From assembly GCF_964194155.1 (NCBI RefSeq), contig NC_135889.1, forward strand, positions 74,834,001-74,898,000: a DNA stretch of 64,000 nt. The letters are read 5' to 3'. The position numbers were made by a program, and so were the translations under genes. The DNA comes from Cetorhinus maximus (taxonomy: Eukaryota). Of this stretch, positions 1 to 12,699 are shown piece after piece. Each line of letters opens with the position of its first letter. Position 1 is the stretch's first letter. Under the pieces are notes generated by a model. The model did no database searches. It saw only the letters and a list, made by a program, of their open reading frames with translations, and was not told the origin of the DNA.

Positions 1-329
1 TTAACTTAAATGAGGTCACAACAAAGCCTAGAATTATGCCACACTGGGAAAAGCAGAACATGTCAAGTGATAAATGCGATTTAAGGGGAACTTCTAAGAG
101 ATAAGAAATAAATTGACTGCAGCAAACTGTGCTTAGTTGTTGATGGATGCATTTACAAACAGTGAGAAGTATTTAACAAGATATGTGGTATGATGCCAAA
201 TCAGTTCCTACCCCTGAAAGACATTGGTTCCACTTTTGTAGTTAAATAAATCATGGTCATCAAACAAGGCAAGAGATAGTATAGTATTAAGTTAAAAGAA
301 AGGGCTCACACAAATGCAAGAAAAAGTGG

Positions 330-930
330 AAAGACTGGGAAAAGCTATAAATAGCAAAAAAAAGGATACAAAGAAAGTAATGTGGTACTAAAAGGAATTA
401 TGAAAATCTTGCATGAGATATCAAAGCTAACAGTAAAAGCTTTGACAAATACATTGAGGAATAAGTGGTAAAGGGAATGAGAGTCCATTAAGGATGGATG
501 CAGGTGAGATTATAATAGATAATAAGGAAATTGAAGGCTTATTAAGTCAGTACTTTCTATCCATTTCCATCATGGAGGAAGAGGACAAAACACCAGCTGT
601 ATAAAGGAAGAAAAAAAAAAATAAGAAAAGGGGATGGACATAATAGATTAATCAAGTTAAAAAACGGGATTTAAGATATACAAATCTCCAGAGCCTGATG
701 GTTTCCAGCCCAGGATAATAAAAAAAAAGTGATGAAATTGCAGATACATTAGTCATAATTTTCCAAACACACTCTAGATTCAGGAATCAAGCATGTAGTT
801 TTGGAAAATTGCACATGTCACTCCACTATTTGAGACAGAAAGGGAAAAATTAGCATAAACTATTGGGAAGTTATTTGAATCTATCAGATACAATCTGACA
901 GAGTATGTGCAGAAGTACCTGCATGGATTT
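330..930 (+). mobile_element. Degraded CR1 LINE ORF2 fragment
   Basis: Contains aaatctccagagcctgatgg (KSPxPDG) and catggatttgtgaag (HGFVK); homologous to 20555-21200. Boundaries approximate. Confidence 0.7.
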
Positions 931-1478
931 GTGAAGATCAGGTAATCATAGAATCAGAAAGCATAGCGATTAGTCATTCAGCCCATCATGTCTGTGCTGG
1001 CTCTTTGCAAGACCTATCCAAGTAGTTCCAGTCCCATGTGTTCAATTCTGGGCAACACACTTTAGAATGGATATCAAGACCTTGGAGAGGGTGCAGTGAT
1101 TTAGGAGAATTACACCAGAGATGAGGTGACTTCAGTTATGTGGAGAAACTAAAGGCACTGAGATTGTTCTCTTTGAAAGTTAATGGGAAATTTAATAAAG
1201 CTGTTCAAAGTTGTGAAGAGTTTTGATGGAGGAAATAAACTGTTTCCAGTGGCAAGAGGATCAGAACCAGAGAACACAGATTTAAGGTAATTGGTAAAAG
1301 AACTGGAGAAAAAACACGTGTTTTCAAAATGCCGGTAAGTGGACTGGGAGATTCTGAAAAGAGCTGCTCCACCAATCACAGGCCACTCCTCTCCTGTGTT
1401 TGCTGCTGATAGACAGTAAGCCCATCACACTCTATCCCCCACACATGAGCGTGGACCCGCGCGAGGGAGGGAAAGAGA

Positions 1479-2185
1479 GGGGGAAAGAGCGCGGGGGCAC
1501 GAGCTGGAGGGGGAAAGAGCGCGGGGGACACGAGCTGGAGGGGGAAAGAGCGCGGGGGCACGAGCTGGAGGGGGAAAGAGCGCGGGGGGCACGAGCTGGA
1601 GGGGGAAAGAGCGCGGGGGCACGAGCTGGAGGGGGAAAGAGCGCGGGGGCACGAGCTGGAGGGGGAAAGAGCGCGGGGGCACGAGCTGGAGGGGGAAAGA
1701 GCGCGGGGGCACGAGCTGGAGGGGGAAAGAGCGCGGGGGCACGAGCTGGAGGGGGAAAGAGCGCGGGGGGCACGAGCTGGAGGGGGAAAGAGCGCGGGGG
1801 CACGAGCTGGAGGGGGAAAGAGCGCGGGGGCACGAGCTGGAGGGGGAAAGAGCGCGGGGGCACGAGCTGGAGGGGGAAAGAGCGCGGGGGCACGAGCTGG
1901 AGGGGGAAAGAGCGCGGGGGCACGAGCTGGAGGGGGAAAGAGCGCGGGGGCACGAGCTGGAGGGGGAAAGAGCGCGGGGGCACGAGCTGGAGGGGGAAAG
2001 AGCGCGGGGGCACGAGCTGGAGGGGGAAAGAGCGCGGGGGCACGAGCTGGAGGGGGAAAGAGCGCGGGGGCACGAGCTGGAGGGGGAAAGAGCGCGGGGG
2101 CACGAGCTGGAGGGGGAAAGAGCGCGGGGGCACGAGCTGGAGGGGGAAAGAGCGCGGGGGCACGAGCTGGAGGGGGAAAGAGCGC
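1479..2185. repeat. 30-bp G-rich minisatellite (about 23.5 copies)
   Basis: Unit gggggcacgagctggagggggaaagagcgc, nearly invariant. Degenerate purine-rich, CpG-rich sequence continues to about 2540. Confidence 0.97.
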
Positions 2186-2659
2186 AGGCATGTACAGACA
2201 AAATAAAGGAAAGAGCGCAGGCGTGAGGGAACGCACACGGGTGAGGGGGAAAGAGCGCAGGCACATATGAGACAGGGAAAGAGGACAGGTGCTTGTGCGA
2301 GAGATGGAAAGATCCCGGGTATGCACGCACGAATGAGGGAAACAGCGCATCAGAGGGGGAGAGGGTGCACGCGGAGGGAAAACTCACGCAGAGGGAGCGC
2401 GAGCGGGAGATGCAAGGGGGTGAGCGTGCATGCATAGAAGAGAGAGAGCGGGGGTGAATGCGCGCGTGCAAGAGCGCGAGCGGGGGTGAGCGCGCGCAAC
2501 AGAGGGAGAGCAGGGATGAGCACGAGCAAGCAGGGGTAAGCGTCACCACATTATTCCACTTGGCTGAAATATCTCCCACATTACGAACATACAAAATAGG
2601 AGCAGAAGTAGGCCATTCGGCCCCTCGAGCCTGCTCCGCCATTCAATAAGATCATGGCT

Positions 2660-3090
2660 GCATCAACTGCAACCCTTGCCTCCATCATTTGGCAGGGACC
2701 ATTCCTTGTTCCAGTGAACACTGGTCCACTACTCCATCAAGTCCAACACCTGCTCTCCATACCCCATCATATTTCCATGTAAACTCAGGAACTGCCACAC
2801 CTGTCATTTCCACTGCTTCAGTAACATCGCCCAGCACTCCAAATACTCATTTCATGTAAAATTGAGATTTATTTGAATCGTTTTCCAAACTAGTATACTG
2901 TTTTTGTTTTTTATGATGTACTGGGGAGCCAAAATGCAGATTGGAATATTGCTTAGATGAACAGCTTCATTCCTTCCGCAAGTATGACTCTGAAGTTCAG
3001 GTCACCTGTCATTTTAATTCCCTCTCTAACCTCTCTTTCCTTGGCCTTCCACATTGAAACTCATTAGAACAACAAAAACACTTGGCACTT
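2660..3090 (+). mobile_element. Penelope-like element fragment (GIY-YIG region)
   Basis: Degenerate LVYC...YxGExKCRL motif, similar to 47650-47750. Confidence 0.55.
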
Positions 3091-3393
3091 CATAGCTTTC
3101 TGACCTTAACACTGACTTTGGATACTCGTCATTTTTTCTCAGTCAGTGGCAGCTGGTAATGTAGGATGGGAACATCAGCACATATAAAGAATAGAGCTTA
3201 GGATGGGAATCCCCAATTGGCTGACAGATGGTCTGCATCACTGATGTCTTTTCTCTGCCATAGACCCAGGTGACAGCAGCCATCTTTGCTTTGCCAGAAA
3301 ATTGTTTCTGGCACTTTTTGTTTTAGTTTAACAACAGATCAAGGTCACTTTTTATATTAAACATATTTAAACAGTTGAAAGTCCAATTCATAC

Positions 3394-3665
3394 CTGCACA
3401 AAGCCAAATCCTTGCTATTATCTTTTATAGTTTTCCACTTCTTGGTAGGTGATGGTCCCTCTAACTTAGGCGAGTTCACAGATGGGCTGTCATCTACTTT
3501 TCGTTTTTTGGACTCTTTACCTCCCTTCTTTGGGGTACTACTTGTACTAGCTGTTTCCTCTTCGTCACTAACACCAGCTCCAGATAACCTCCTGCCCTTC
3601 TTCTGTTCAAAATTCTTCCTTGGACGATTTAGGAATTTTTTACTCCGTGGAGACTGACCACTTGC
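3394..3665 (-). CDS. BAZ2B: BAZ2B PHD-bromodomain linker exon (last exon seen in window)
   Basis: tag|GCA...AG|gtatg, 272 nt. ASGQSPRSKKFLNRPRKN...KDNSKDLALC. Confidence 0.93.
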
Positions 3666-4104
3666 CTACCAAAAGGAAATATCGGACATAGAGAAATTAG
3701 AGTAGCAAAAATGAAAATTTTCATTGTTAAATTTTGCAATGTTTTTCTAGCTGCATAGTCTTATTATCGTCAAATGTAGCACTTTTGAAAGATCAGACTA
3801 TATACCATCAGTGAGGAAGCTTGCCTTCTGCCAGCACATATTGGAAATTACATCCATTGAAGCAAGTACTCTGAAAATTACATGCATTGCATTCAATAAT
3901 GCAGAAGTGAGAAATTCATCAATACTCAGTGTCACCATATATGATACACATGTTCATGATCTGCTAGTTAATCAGTACCAAGGAAAATTCTAGATTCAGT
4001 TATCAAGGACAAGTTAGTGGAGAACTTAGTGAGATAAATCAAACAGTAAGAAAAATGTACTTGGACTTTAGTAAGACTCTTTAAGATGCAATGATAATAA
4101 GGAA

Positions 4105-4537
4105 TTGTTTTATGAAGAAAGGTCGAGCAGGTTGGGCCTATACACTTGGGATTTTAGATGAATGTGAAGTGATCTTATTGAAACACAAGATTCTGAAAGG
4201 GGTTGATAGGGAAAATGCTGAGAGAATATTCCTCCTTGTTGAGGAATCTAGAACTGGGATGCGGGTTCAGAATAAGAGGTCACCCATTTAAGACAAATGA
4301 GGAGGAATTTCTTCTCTCAGAGGGTCATGAATCTCTGTAATTCTCTAGCCCAGAGAGCTGTGAAGGCTGAGTCACTGAATATATTCAAGGTTGAGATAGA
4401 CAAATTTCTGAACTACATGGAACAGGCAGGAAAGCAGAGTTGAGGCCAAGATTATATCAACTATGATCTTACTGGATGGCGGAACAGGCTCAAGGGGTTG
4501 CATAGCCTACAACTGCTTCTATTTCTTATGCTCTTAT
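4105..4537 (+). mobile_element. CR1 LINE 3' end
   Basis: RT C-terminus (ILKGVDRENAERIF) plus the tail cctacaactgcttctatttcttatg. Confidence 0.85.
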
Positions 4538-5889
4538 ACTTTATTGGAAAATTAGAAGACACAATATTGTTGAGAGGGATTTTGTGGTTGACAGAGTGTA
4601 TCAATGAGAGGTATTCTGGATGGAACACGTGTGCCGGATAAGCTCAGTGGTGCACCTAACACTTCAAAATGTTCATAAACGATCTGGGAAGTGGGTAATC
4701 ATAGCTTCATCTCAAAGTTTACAGATTACATAAAAATAGCAGGGAGCAGGTAATACAGTGGTGATGAGGACAAACTACAATAGAACATGAAACTCTGTGA
4801 GGATGTGGATGGACAACTGGCAGTTCCAATTTAATGTAAAGTCATAAATTTAGTGATACAGACCAGACAAATGAATTGCAGAGTAAATAGGAAAATACTG
4901 ACCAATAAACATCAATGTCTGATTCTTGTTAAAAAGCTAATTGGATGCAGATAAACAAAGTAATATTATTATATGGAGTTTTGGTCAGGCCCACTTAAAT
5001 TATAATACTGAGTTCTGGAATCTGCAACACAAAAAGAATGTAGCTGAACTAGAAAGTGAGAAAAGCTATTATGATGTTAAAAGGATCAAGAAATATATAT
5101 GAGGATAGGCTCAAAGAATGCAACATTCCTTACTGGAAAGAAAGAAGCTGAGGGATATAATTCAAATTTTCAAATTAGTAAGGCTCCAGGATGTAGGAGA
5201 CCAGTCAGCACTATTTATATTGCCATGAAACAGCAGAACAAGGGCATGAGAGAATATATTGGGGAAAAGGTGGATTCAAGCAGGATGTATAGAATATTAC
5301 CCCAATGATAGTTTTGTGGAACAGCTTACCGAGGGAGGTTGTAGGAACACGTAATTTAGATCTCTTCAAGCTAAAATTGGACATGAATCTCAAAGAGGAA
5401 CACATCGCAGAATACAATTACTGGGACACCAGGAATGTGGACCTGTAGTCTCATCCTGTCTGAGATTTTCTGTTCTATGATCCATAACACATTCACTCGT
5501 GGTTATAAGTGATTCACACTGTCTTGAGAATTGAACTATAATTTTAAAATTTAAAACATAGATAAATTGGATCTTTGGATCTTCCACCAAGAAACAAGGT
5601 ACATGTAAAGAAAAATATCATGGTTTCAGAATCAGCATTAAATACGCTGTGAATCCAGCACAACAGATTTCTATATTTTCTATGTTCTATGTTTTCACCT
5701 GCTTTGTACTAAGATTCTTACGCCTATATTTCTGTTAAGCAGATGATGGATTCACTATAATTTGCATACTTTACAAGAACAAAGATGAGTTATTTTATAG
5801 TGCAAAACAATTTGAAATAGTTCACAGCCAGGACTTTTAAGAGCTTAGATTATGAAAGTCACGTCAGGAAGATTCTAATAGATAAATTA

Positions 5890-7094
5890 ACTTTCATATT
5901 TATTAGACTTTTTTTGAGGATATAATTGATAGGGTAAGTAAAGGGGAACCAGTAATGTAGTCTACTTGGATTTTCAAAAGGCATTTGATAAAGGTACCTC
6001 ACAAAAGGTTAATACACATAGGCTCATGGAGTTGCAGGTGATATATCAGCATGGATAGAGGATTGGTTAATGGACAGGAAGCAGAGAGTAGCGATAAACG
6101 GCGCATATTCAAGTTGGCAGGCTGTGACTAGTGGAGTGCCGCAAGGATCAGAACTGGATCCTCAGAGCTTTATATCCTATATGAATACTTCTGTCTCTTC
6201 GTCTAAATCAAAGTATCTAAGTTTGCTGACGATATAAAGCTAGGTGGGAATGCAAGCTGTGAGGTGGACACCAAGAGGCTCCAAAGAGATATAAACAGGT
6301 TAAGCAAGTGGGCAACAAGGTGACAGATGGAGTATAATGTGGGAAAGTGTGAGGTTATTCACTTTGGTGATAAGAATAGAAAAGCACATTTTTTTCTAAA
6401 AGGCGATAAACTTGTAAATGTTCATGTTCTGAGAGACTTGGGTCTACTTATACAAGGAATACAAGAAGTTAGCATGCAGGTGCAGAAAGCAATTAGGAAA
6501 GTAAATGCCATATTGGCCTTTATTGCAAGGTGTTTGTTGTACAAGAATGAAGTCTTGTTATCATTGTATAGTGCTTTGGTGATACCACACCTGGAGTAGT
6601 GTGTGTAATTTTGGTCTCCATATTTAAGGAAGGATATACTTGCATTGGAGGCAGTACAGCGAAGTTCAGTAGATTGGTCCCTAGGATAAGAGGGTTGTCT
6701 TATGATGAAAGGCTGAGTAAATTGGGTCTATATTCTCCAGTGTTTAGAAGAATAAGAGGTAGAGAGGCTGTTTCCATTGGTTAGGGAATCCAGAACATAG
6801 AGGGCATGGATTCAGAATAAGGGGCCAGGTTCAGGATAAGGGGCCAATCATTTAGGCCTGAGATGAAGAGAAATTTCTTCATTCAAAGGGTTGTGAATTT
6901 TTGGAATTCTGTAACCCAAAGGGTTATGGATGCATCATCACTGAATATATTTAAGGCTGAGATAGATAGATTTTTAGTCTCTCAGGGAATCAAGTGATAT
7001 TGTGAGCGGGTGGAAAAGTACAGCCAAAGCCCAAGATCAGTGATAATCATAATGTATGGTGGAGCAGGCTCAACTGGCTGTATGGTCTTCTCCT
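5890..7094 (+). mobile_element. CR1 LINE RT and 3' end
   Basis: YLDFQKAFD, SGVPQGS, KFADD, MEYNVGKCEVIHFG motifs with stops and frameshifts; CR1 tail present. Confidence 0.9.
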
Positions 7095-7322
7095 GCTATT
7101 ATTTCTTATGTCCTTAACGCTGAACACACAGTCGTAAAATTATAAATTCTGTCCAAAGTTTCACTGTGTGAAGATAACAATTTAAAATGCAAAAATATTT
7201 GCATTAAAAATGGCGGTTACAGGACAATTCCTGGTGGCAGTCATGGTGGAGCAGTTCGAGGTCATGAATTAGAGCACCACAGAAGAAGGTCATAATCGCC
7301 TTAAGCATAATGACACATTATT

Positions 7323-8022
7323 GGGTCAGAATTTGCTGGATTGGACATTTCATGGCACTCCCATCAGTTAGACCTGTTTATGCATTTAGGCTTTAAAAAA
7401 AATTGCCCACAAAGTTGTGAAAAGTGTTGATAACAGTCCAACAGGGGTAATAGGGCATCTGGGACCTCGGTGAGCAACAGGACAAGTAGTGTATCTCCTT
7501 AACCAATGAAATTTAAGATTCAGAAATAAACAGAGAAAGGAATGAGAAGGAGGGTGAATTAGAACGGCTTAATTCAATGTCAAATTAGGTACAAAAAGAG
7601 AAATAGAGGGAACCATAGACTGGACTGAGAAGAAAGAAAGAGAAACAGAAAGGAAAAGTTAGAAAAAAAGTCTCCTAAAACAATTCGCAAGGTAGAGGAA
7701 GAGGCTCCACACTTTCTGTTCACTTGCAAAGCAAGAGAGGTTGATTAACAGGCATTAATAATAATGCCATTAAAAGGGTACTTACACTGTTACTAGACTT
7801 AACTTTCTGTAGCAAGTTTAATATGCAATTAATGTGCAAATGCAGTAATTTCATGAAAATCACAGAGGCTTAAGCACAAAATGCCATTTGCTAATGGTGG
7901 AGCAACCCACATTTGGACAGCAGTTTGTGGAATCCACAATTCACAGAGCAGCTTTTCCTCACTACAAATTGTCAGTCAAATTCTACATTAATAATTAGTT
8001 TTTTTCCAACAAAATCTGGCCC
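7323..8022. mobile_element. Non-autonomous DNA transposon (PIF/Harbinger-like)
   Basis: Imperfect TIRs gggtcagaattt / aaaatctggccc; flanks att / aat. Confidence 0.5.
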
Positions 8023-9522
8023 AATAAACATGTCCAATGATAATATTCACCTTTTGCGTGAAGGCACACTTTACATACTATCACTGTATTGCAATATGAC
8101 CTATTGAATATTCACTTCTGACTGAATTGGTGCTCCAAGTTAGCAATTGTTGGCTTTGATTATTAATTTAACTGTAATGCGTAACCCCTTTTTGTAAACA
8201 AAGGCCCCAACTAATCTGATCCTCTAGTGTCACATGACCACCAGAAGCATAATCATAAGATTAGCAAAAATACTGAGTATCTATTCAGCATTACACGAAG
8301 AGAAGATTATACAACTTTGCCCAATGTTTCTCAAGTAATACATTCACCATGATTGTTCTAACTGGATAAATCACCTAATTGAGTATTTTTGTTTTGAAAA
8401 AGTCCAACTAATAAATGTTAAACAAAGAATTCGGGAAGCAAACAGACTAATTTAGGATTAGCTAAACTGAAGATAATCCAGTAAATCACTTCAATAGCTG
8501 CTTTGCAGATCTTTCAATGATTATAGAACAACACAAGTGACTTCCTCTCTCCAATAGTGATGAGTCATTTTGGCACAGAAGGATGCCGATCTGTGTTTTT
8601 TAAATCTATGTTGTGTTTCAAACTACAGTTCAAATTGACAGAAATAAAAGCACCATGATGTCCGTCAAGTCTGACAAGAAGCTTTCCTTTGTTTGGTGGA
8701 ACAAATTTATTATATGACATTGAAAGGCAACAAGAAGAATGCTAGAATTTCAGTTTGCTATTTCCATTTTAAGGGGAATCATATCACTAAACTTATTCCC
8801 TCTGCGCACACTAACAAAAGTCAGTGTTTCAATGCACTCAAAATTATTAACACGAAGGTGCAGTTTTTGTTGAAAATTTCCTGTGAATTAACTAAGTCCT
8901 TTTAAATATATTACATAGATGAGAAAGATGACAGAGTTTGAAGATTCATGTCAAATTAGAACTATGCCTTTCTGATAGAACATTCCTTTTTCAATGGAAA
9001 CAAGGAAGTGAAGTAGAGTTTGGAAGTAAAATGGGAAAAATCTTGATCCACAGACAAAACATGTAAAAATGAACAAACCAATTATTTATATTACTTGCAT
9101 TCCATCTATTGATTTAATCCTTTTCCATTTACTGTTCTTCCAAACTTGCCAATGTTGAAAGTCTTGTAGCCAATAGCACCCATTTGAACGTTTTACAATT
9201 CAAATGCTCTCTTCAGATTTAGTGCAAATTTGGAAGGTCAGTAGTAGAACCAACATGTGAAAAGCAGATCATATAAACAAATAAATGAAACTAATTAGCT
9301 AAATATTATAAATAGGGTTTTGAAAAGTAAAACACAATATGGCCCTAGCACCCTCAATGCTAGCCAACACATTCACAAACCTCTTCTATAGACAGTCTGT
9401 TATGTTACACCATACAATTTGCAATTACAAATTTAACAGTTGACAAATGTCTCAGACAATATAAAATATAAAACAAATACCTATTATGAAGTGCACATAT
9501 TTGAAATTTCAGATTATATTAC

Positions 9523-9669
9523 CTTAGCGATGCAGGCAGGACAAAACCAGTCACCATCTGGAATTGTGGTAATCTTGGGTCTGTGGCAGTAAGTATGACA
9601 TCCCTTGTCACAACCATCACAAAGTAGAAGCAATTCTTCATTATCTCCTTTTCGACATATCTGGCAGTA
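9523..9669 (-). CDS. BAZ2B: BAZ2B PHD finger exon
   Basis: cag|TAC...AAG|gtaat, 147 nt. YCQICRKGDNEELLLLCDGCDKGCHTYCHRPKITTIPDGDWFCPACIAK (C4HC3 pattern). Confidence 0.97.
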
Positions 9670-10378
9670 CTGATCAAAATGACAGAAAAAAGACTCAGTT
9701 AAACTGGATCAAGAAATCATGTGGCTATTGTTAAGTACACTGAAATAGGCCATTATCGAGTAGACAACTGTCAGCAGTTATAACATTTTGCTACAAAATT
9801 TTTAAAAAGGCATATCAATGAATATTGTAACAACATAAAATAATTCTTCATCTGTGGCCTGGTTTGTGTAACTCTGCTGGGACTTTTATTTGTAATATCC
9901 ATCTGGAGTACCAGATGCAGGAATCATTTAACTTGTTTCTCCTGAAAAGGTAAGTTTTTCTAGCTGCTTGCTAGATCATCACATGAGCATTTTGAAAGAG
10001 GGGAAAAAGCTTGTAAGATCAGTCCCACCCAACAGAGCACTCTGGCAATGTTGATACGGCTCTGCTCTAAATTGTCTCATCCTACTGTCTGAAAGAAGGG
10101 TGCTGCATGTGCTTATAGTTGTATGTAATGGGAGAAATGAAAATAATACAACTACATTAATCTTATCTTATCGTGTTCACGGACAGTCTATACATGGCCC
10201 AGCCAGAACTGGACACATTTTTGCGCCTTGTTGTTGAATTCGGTAAGATCTGCAACAGTGCAGGGTTCCTCTAGCGATAGGCATTGCAGGAGATGTTGCA
10301 TAGTCTGTAGCTCAGTTAATTACACTATAACTACATTAATTAAATAGTATGTTAATACAAAGAAAAAACAACACTCAC

Positions 10379-10514
10379 AACTTTCATGATCGATTTCTCC
10401 CACGCTATTGCCTTTTCCAACTGTTGAAGGCACATTGCTACTTGAGCAGCATTGTGAGCTTGCAACAGGGCTTTACGCCACATTTTCAATCCAGGGGCAA
10501 TGTCTTCATCACTT
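10379..10514 (-). CDS. BAZ2B: BAZ2B coding exon preceding the PHD finger
   Basis: cag|A...GTT|gtgag, 136 nt. SDEDIAPGLKMWRKALLQAHNAAQVAMCLQQLEKAIAWEKSIMKV. Confidence 0.94.
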
Positions 10515-10901
10515 CTGTTGAAAGCAATAAGAAACTAATGGTTAAAAAATTTAATTCAGTTTAGATTATGCTGCCAAGTACATAAATATTACATAAAGCC
10601 AACCAATTTTTAAACAGCAGTGTGCACAGCCAGTAAAGAGTTGATATAACGTTTAGGCATTTGAACTCCCCTATAGCATTGTGGCAACATGCCTTAAAGC
10701 TAATAAAGGACCAGTATGACGTAGGACATTCCTGCAGACAAAAACATCCACAGTAAAAGAAGTCTCTACAAAGCACCATGCAGATAAGGATGATCCACAT
10801 GGATCACACACACACAAGAAACAAGGGGAAAACAGGCAAGAAAAAAGGCTCCAATTAGCAGAAAAGCACAATAATTTTCCAAGTTAATCTCGATAACCTA
10901 C

Positions 10902-11209
10902 CCATCACCATCACCAGTATTGGATGGTGCAGGAGCAGGAACTGTAACTGTGCCCACATTATCCAGTTTGATCTGAATGGTGGTACTTAAGGGGCTCTTC
11001 AGATACCTTCTCTCTATGTTCTTCTCCAAATCAGCCAGCCTCGTTACAGCTATATCTAGAGGGTTGCCATCTCGCCGTTCTATATTGCTGTAATTTTCCT
11101 CGTCCTCTTCCCCAGTGTGTTCTCCATCAGTCTGTTCCATTTCAAAAGGTTTATGTTCATAGTAGACTAGATCATCTCGGTCTGAAGCAGGCTCTGGACA
11201 AATCCAGCC
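10902..11209 (-). CDS. BAZ2B: BAZ2B coding exon with internal alternative donor (short form ends at 11007)
   Basis: cag|GGC...GG|gtagg, 308 nt. GWICPEPASDRDDLVYYEHK...NPLDIAVTRLADLEKNIERR(YLKSPLSTTIQIKLDNVGTVTVPAPAPSNTGDGD). Confidence 0.9.
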
Positions 11210-12119
11210 CTGTGTAAGGATAAAAAAGTTTGCTTCATTGTTCTTCAAATATATGTTTTCGTTTGAATTTTCTCTCCTGAATGCAATCATATAGGGAGGT
11301 ACAATTCTACAGGTGCTGGCAGCTCTCAGGTGCAGTCATGTAAAAGCCTGGAAAATGTAGGTAGGTTATATAACTATGGGGAAGGGAAGGGGAAGAATCA
11401 CCAATCCTTTCCTTTCTTTGACATCAAATGCATGCATCAGAGTTTCTAGGATAGTTCCTGCTAATTTTTCCCTTAGGTTAAGATGCTATTGCACACTATA
11501 ATCATCTTACTACTGTACTGGCTGAGATAAGATTGCTCTGCACAGACCAGAGATCATTGAGCTATTTGGGGTGACTATTCTTAAAATGAAGCAAACATAC
11601 ACTTCACACAGCTAGATCTACCACCACTAATCTTCCAGGCAGCATTATTTATGGAAATATTTTTCATATCATATCGTCATTTGTTAAAAACACCTAAGAG
11701 AAATATACAGGAGGCTGTTATTGTAGGCACTATAAAACTTGTGAATTTAAAATGTTAAAAAACAAACTGCTTATTTGATAAATAGAAAGCATATTGCGAT
11801 CAAGTGGTTTAAATAAAAAATTATTTGTGGTATGAGCATCATAACCTATAAGGACCATGACACATTTGGTTTCTTCTTGCATATTAGTCTCCAAAATGTA
11901 ACCTTTATTATATTAAAACGTCCATAGGTGAATAATTTTTTAAAAAACATTAGACATGATCCATCACAATCCATCAAGGAACAGGGTTATTAGGCTTAAT
12001 AATCACTCTACCAATAACTAAAGAATACTACAGGACAGTTATAAAATATTTAAATAAAACCCACACAATTAAATAAAACCCACACAAAAAACATCACCAA
12101 AAGGCAAGTAATGCTCTAA

Positions 12120-12690
12120 TTTTTTAATAATATATTCAATCTCTGGATAGGTGGGTCCAGCATTTATTGCTCAACAATAGATGACTTTAAGGCGGCCATG
12201 ATGGGCCTTCTTCTATAAGAATTGCAGTTGTATAGTGACAGTGCTGCATTTGTCTATCTCTGTGGTGGAAATTATGGGTTTGGGAGATGTTGGCAAAGAT
12301 AACTTGGTGACTTGCCACATTGCATCCTGTAGATAGTGCACACTACACATCCATAGTATGCTGTCTCTGAAGTAATGTCTGATCTAGTGATTGTGGTGCT
12401 GATCAAATAGACTGCTTTGCCTTGGGTGATATCAAGCTTCTGGAGTGTAGTCGCAGCTGCACCCATTCAGAGAAGTGAAGAGCATTTCACCACTCTCCTA
12501 ACTTTTGCCTTGTAGGTGGTGGAGAGTCAGAAAGTGAGCCATTCATTACAGAAAATCCAACATCTGAACTGATCTAGTAACACCACCATTTATGTGGCTG
12601 GTCCAGTTGAATTTCTGGTCAGTAGTGACCACCTGGATATTAATGTTGGGTGACTCAACAATGGTAATGCCGCTGAATGTCATGAGGTGG
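12120..12690 (-). mobile_element. CR1-group LINE family B, degraded 3' part
   Basis: AAATTLQKLDITQGKA and CTIYRMQC, homologous to 30875-31600. Confidence 0.75.
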
Positions 12691-12699
12691 TGGTGTCAT

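Noticed and set aside
1479-2185. CRISPR-like array
   Set aside because: Head-to-tail repeats with no unique spacers, no cas genes, and a vertebrate intron context.
1376-2642. Four overlapping long ORFs (268-405 aa) of repetitive peptide
   Set aside because: Artefact of a stop-free 30-bp minisatellite that is open in several frames on both strands.
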